From the NCBI RefSeq assembly GCF_030028105.1, contig NC_092398.1:28862424-28926423 (forward strand): a stretch of DNA of 64,000 bases. The letters run 5' to 3'. Shown here piece after piece: positions 63,240 through 64,000 of this stretch. The translations under genes and the position numbers were made by a program. Position 1 is the first letter of the stretch. Each line of letters starts with the position of its first letter. The notes under the pieces are model-generated. The model worked only from the letters and a program-made list of their open reading frames with translations, ran no database searches and was not told where the DNA came from. Source of the DNA: Mobula birostris (taxonomy: Eukaryota).

Positions 63240-63770
63240 TAGTAATGGTAATGGGGATAAACTCCCACTACCTATTAAATGCTCCCAATGACATGCATCT
63301 CAAACAGCCTCTGACGACCAAATCCAGCTCCTGGCCTTCACGTGTGGCTTAGCTACTAAGTCCAGTGCAACTGTTCCACTGACAGGAGAAGGGGCAAAGG
63401 TGGGTTACTGGTGCCTTAAAACCAGTCCCTTCAAGCAGATGGGGCTTATCTACCGTGGTTGGAAGCTCATCTAGGAGAAGGAAAACCTTGATCTCAAACC
63501 TCTGCTGCATTGTGGCTGTACCCAATCACGGGGAAGGTTTCGGGAGTAAACCCTGAAGAAAAGTCCAGAACTGGAGTCCCTAAGGCAGTCTAAAGTTGAG
63601 TCAACGCTGACTGGCAACTCCTGAGACACCACTGGTGCCAAACTGTATCGGTCTCTGCCGTTCCTTTGGATTCATCAGATGCGCGGAGAGGGGGAGCCTG
63701 TTGCGTAAGCAACAGCTCTCTCTCCGCATTGTACCCCCCTGGCTTAGGCCTAAGAGGTGTGGTGTGAGTC
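63240..63770 (+). mobile_element. About 500-bp non-coding dispersed repeat, family unassigned
   Basis: Near-identical blocks (AGGAGAAGGAAAACTCTGATCTCAAACCTC...TTCCTTTGGATTCA) also at about 42700-43000, 43870-44370 and 61450-61830. Confidence 0.65.
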
Positions 63771-64000
63771 ACAACCCAGTCATCCCCTGGGCCACGTTAC
63801 AGCCACAGACTGACCACAGACTGACCATAGACAAAACACAATCCCCCCACAGACGGACTACACTCTGACTACAGCCTGAACACAATCTGACCACAGACTA
63901 AATACAGATTGGCCCCAGGTTGCCGCAGATTCCAGCCAAACAATCCTGGAAACTTGGCACGGATTGGGCTGGATCTCCATGTATAGGCCAGGCTCCTTCC

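Overview
Repeat-dense vertebrate genomic DNA. The repeat families (V-SINE/HE1-type SINEs, CR1, Rex1/Babar, RTE, Penelope, Tc1, hAT, Gypsy) point to a cartilaginous fish, probably a batoid; this is inference. Hidden among the transposons is a cluster of MHC-family genes with class II-type exon architecture but class I-type interface residues, matching the ancient MHC W-category (Okamura et al. 2021 PNAS). (1) A four-exon alpha-chain gene on the minus strand (14788->5941: leader, alpha1, beta2-microglobulin-like alpha2, class II alpha-type TM/CY). It is intact except for one surplus base at a G7 run at the end of exon 2. (2) Head-to-head with it, a frameshifted 270-nt beta1-like exon carrying the class I alpha2 motif YDGKD (18465-18734), with possible TM/CY remnants about 13 kb downstream and no recognisable beta2 exon. 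(3) A second, very divergent alpha-chain gene on the plus strand (45251-49819) with an in-frame TAA in alpha2 and no leader exon found. Other features are a 33-bp G-rich minisatellite about 300 bp upstream of gene 1, a four-layer nested transposon stack, three same-family solo LTRs with perfect 5-bp TSDs, decayed Penelope hammerhead-ribozyme motifs, and an unassigned GC-rich exon-like island at 33 kb. Splice sites and translations were read by hand. No database searches were run. Transposon boundaries are approximate unless a TSD is given.
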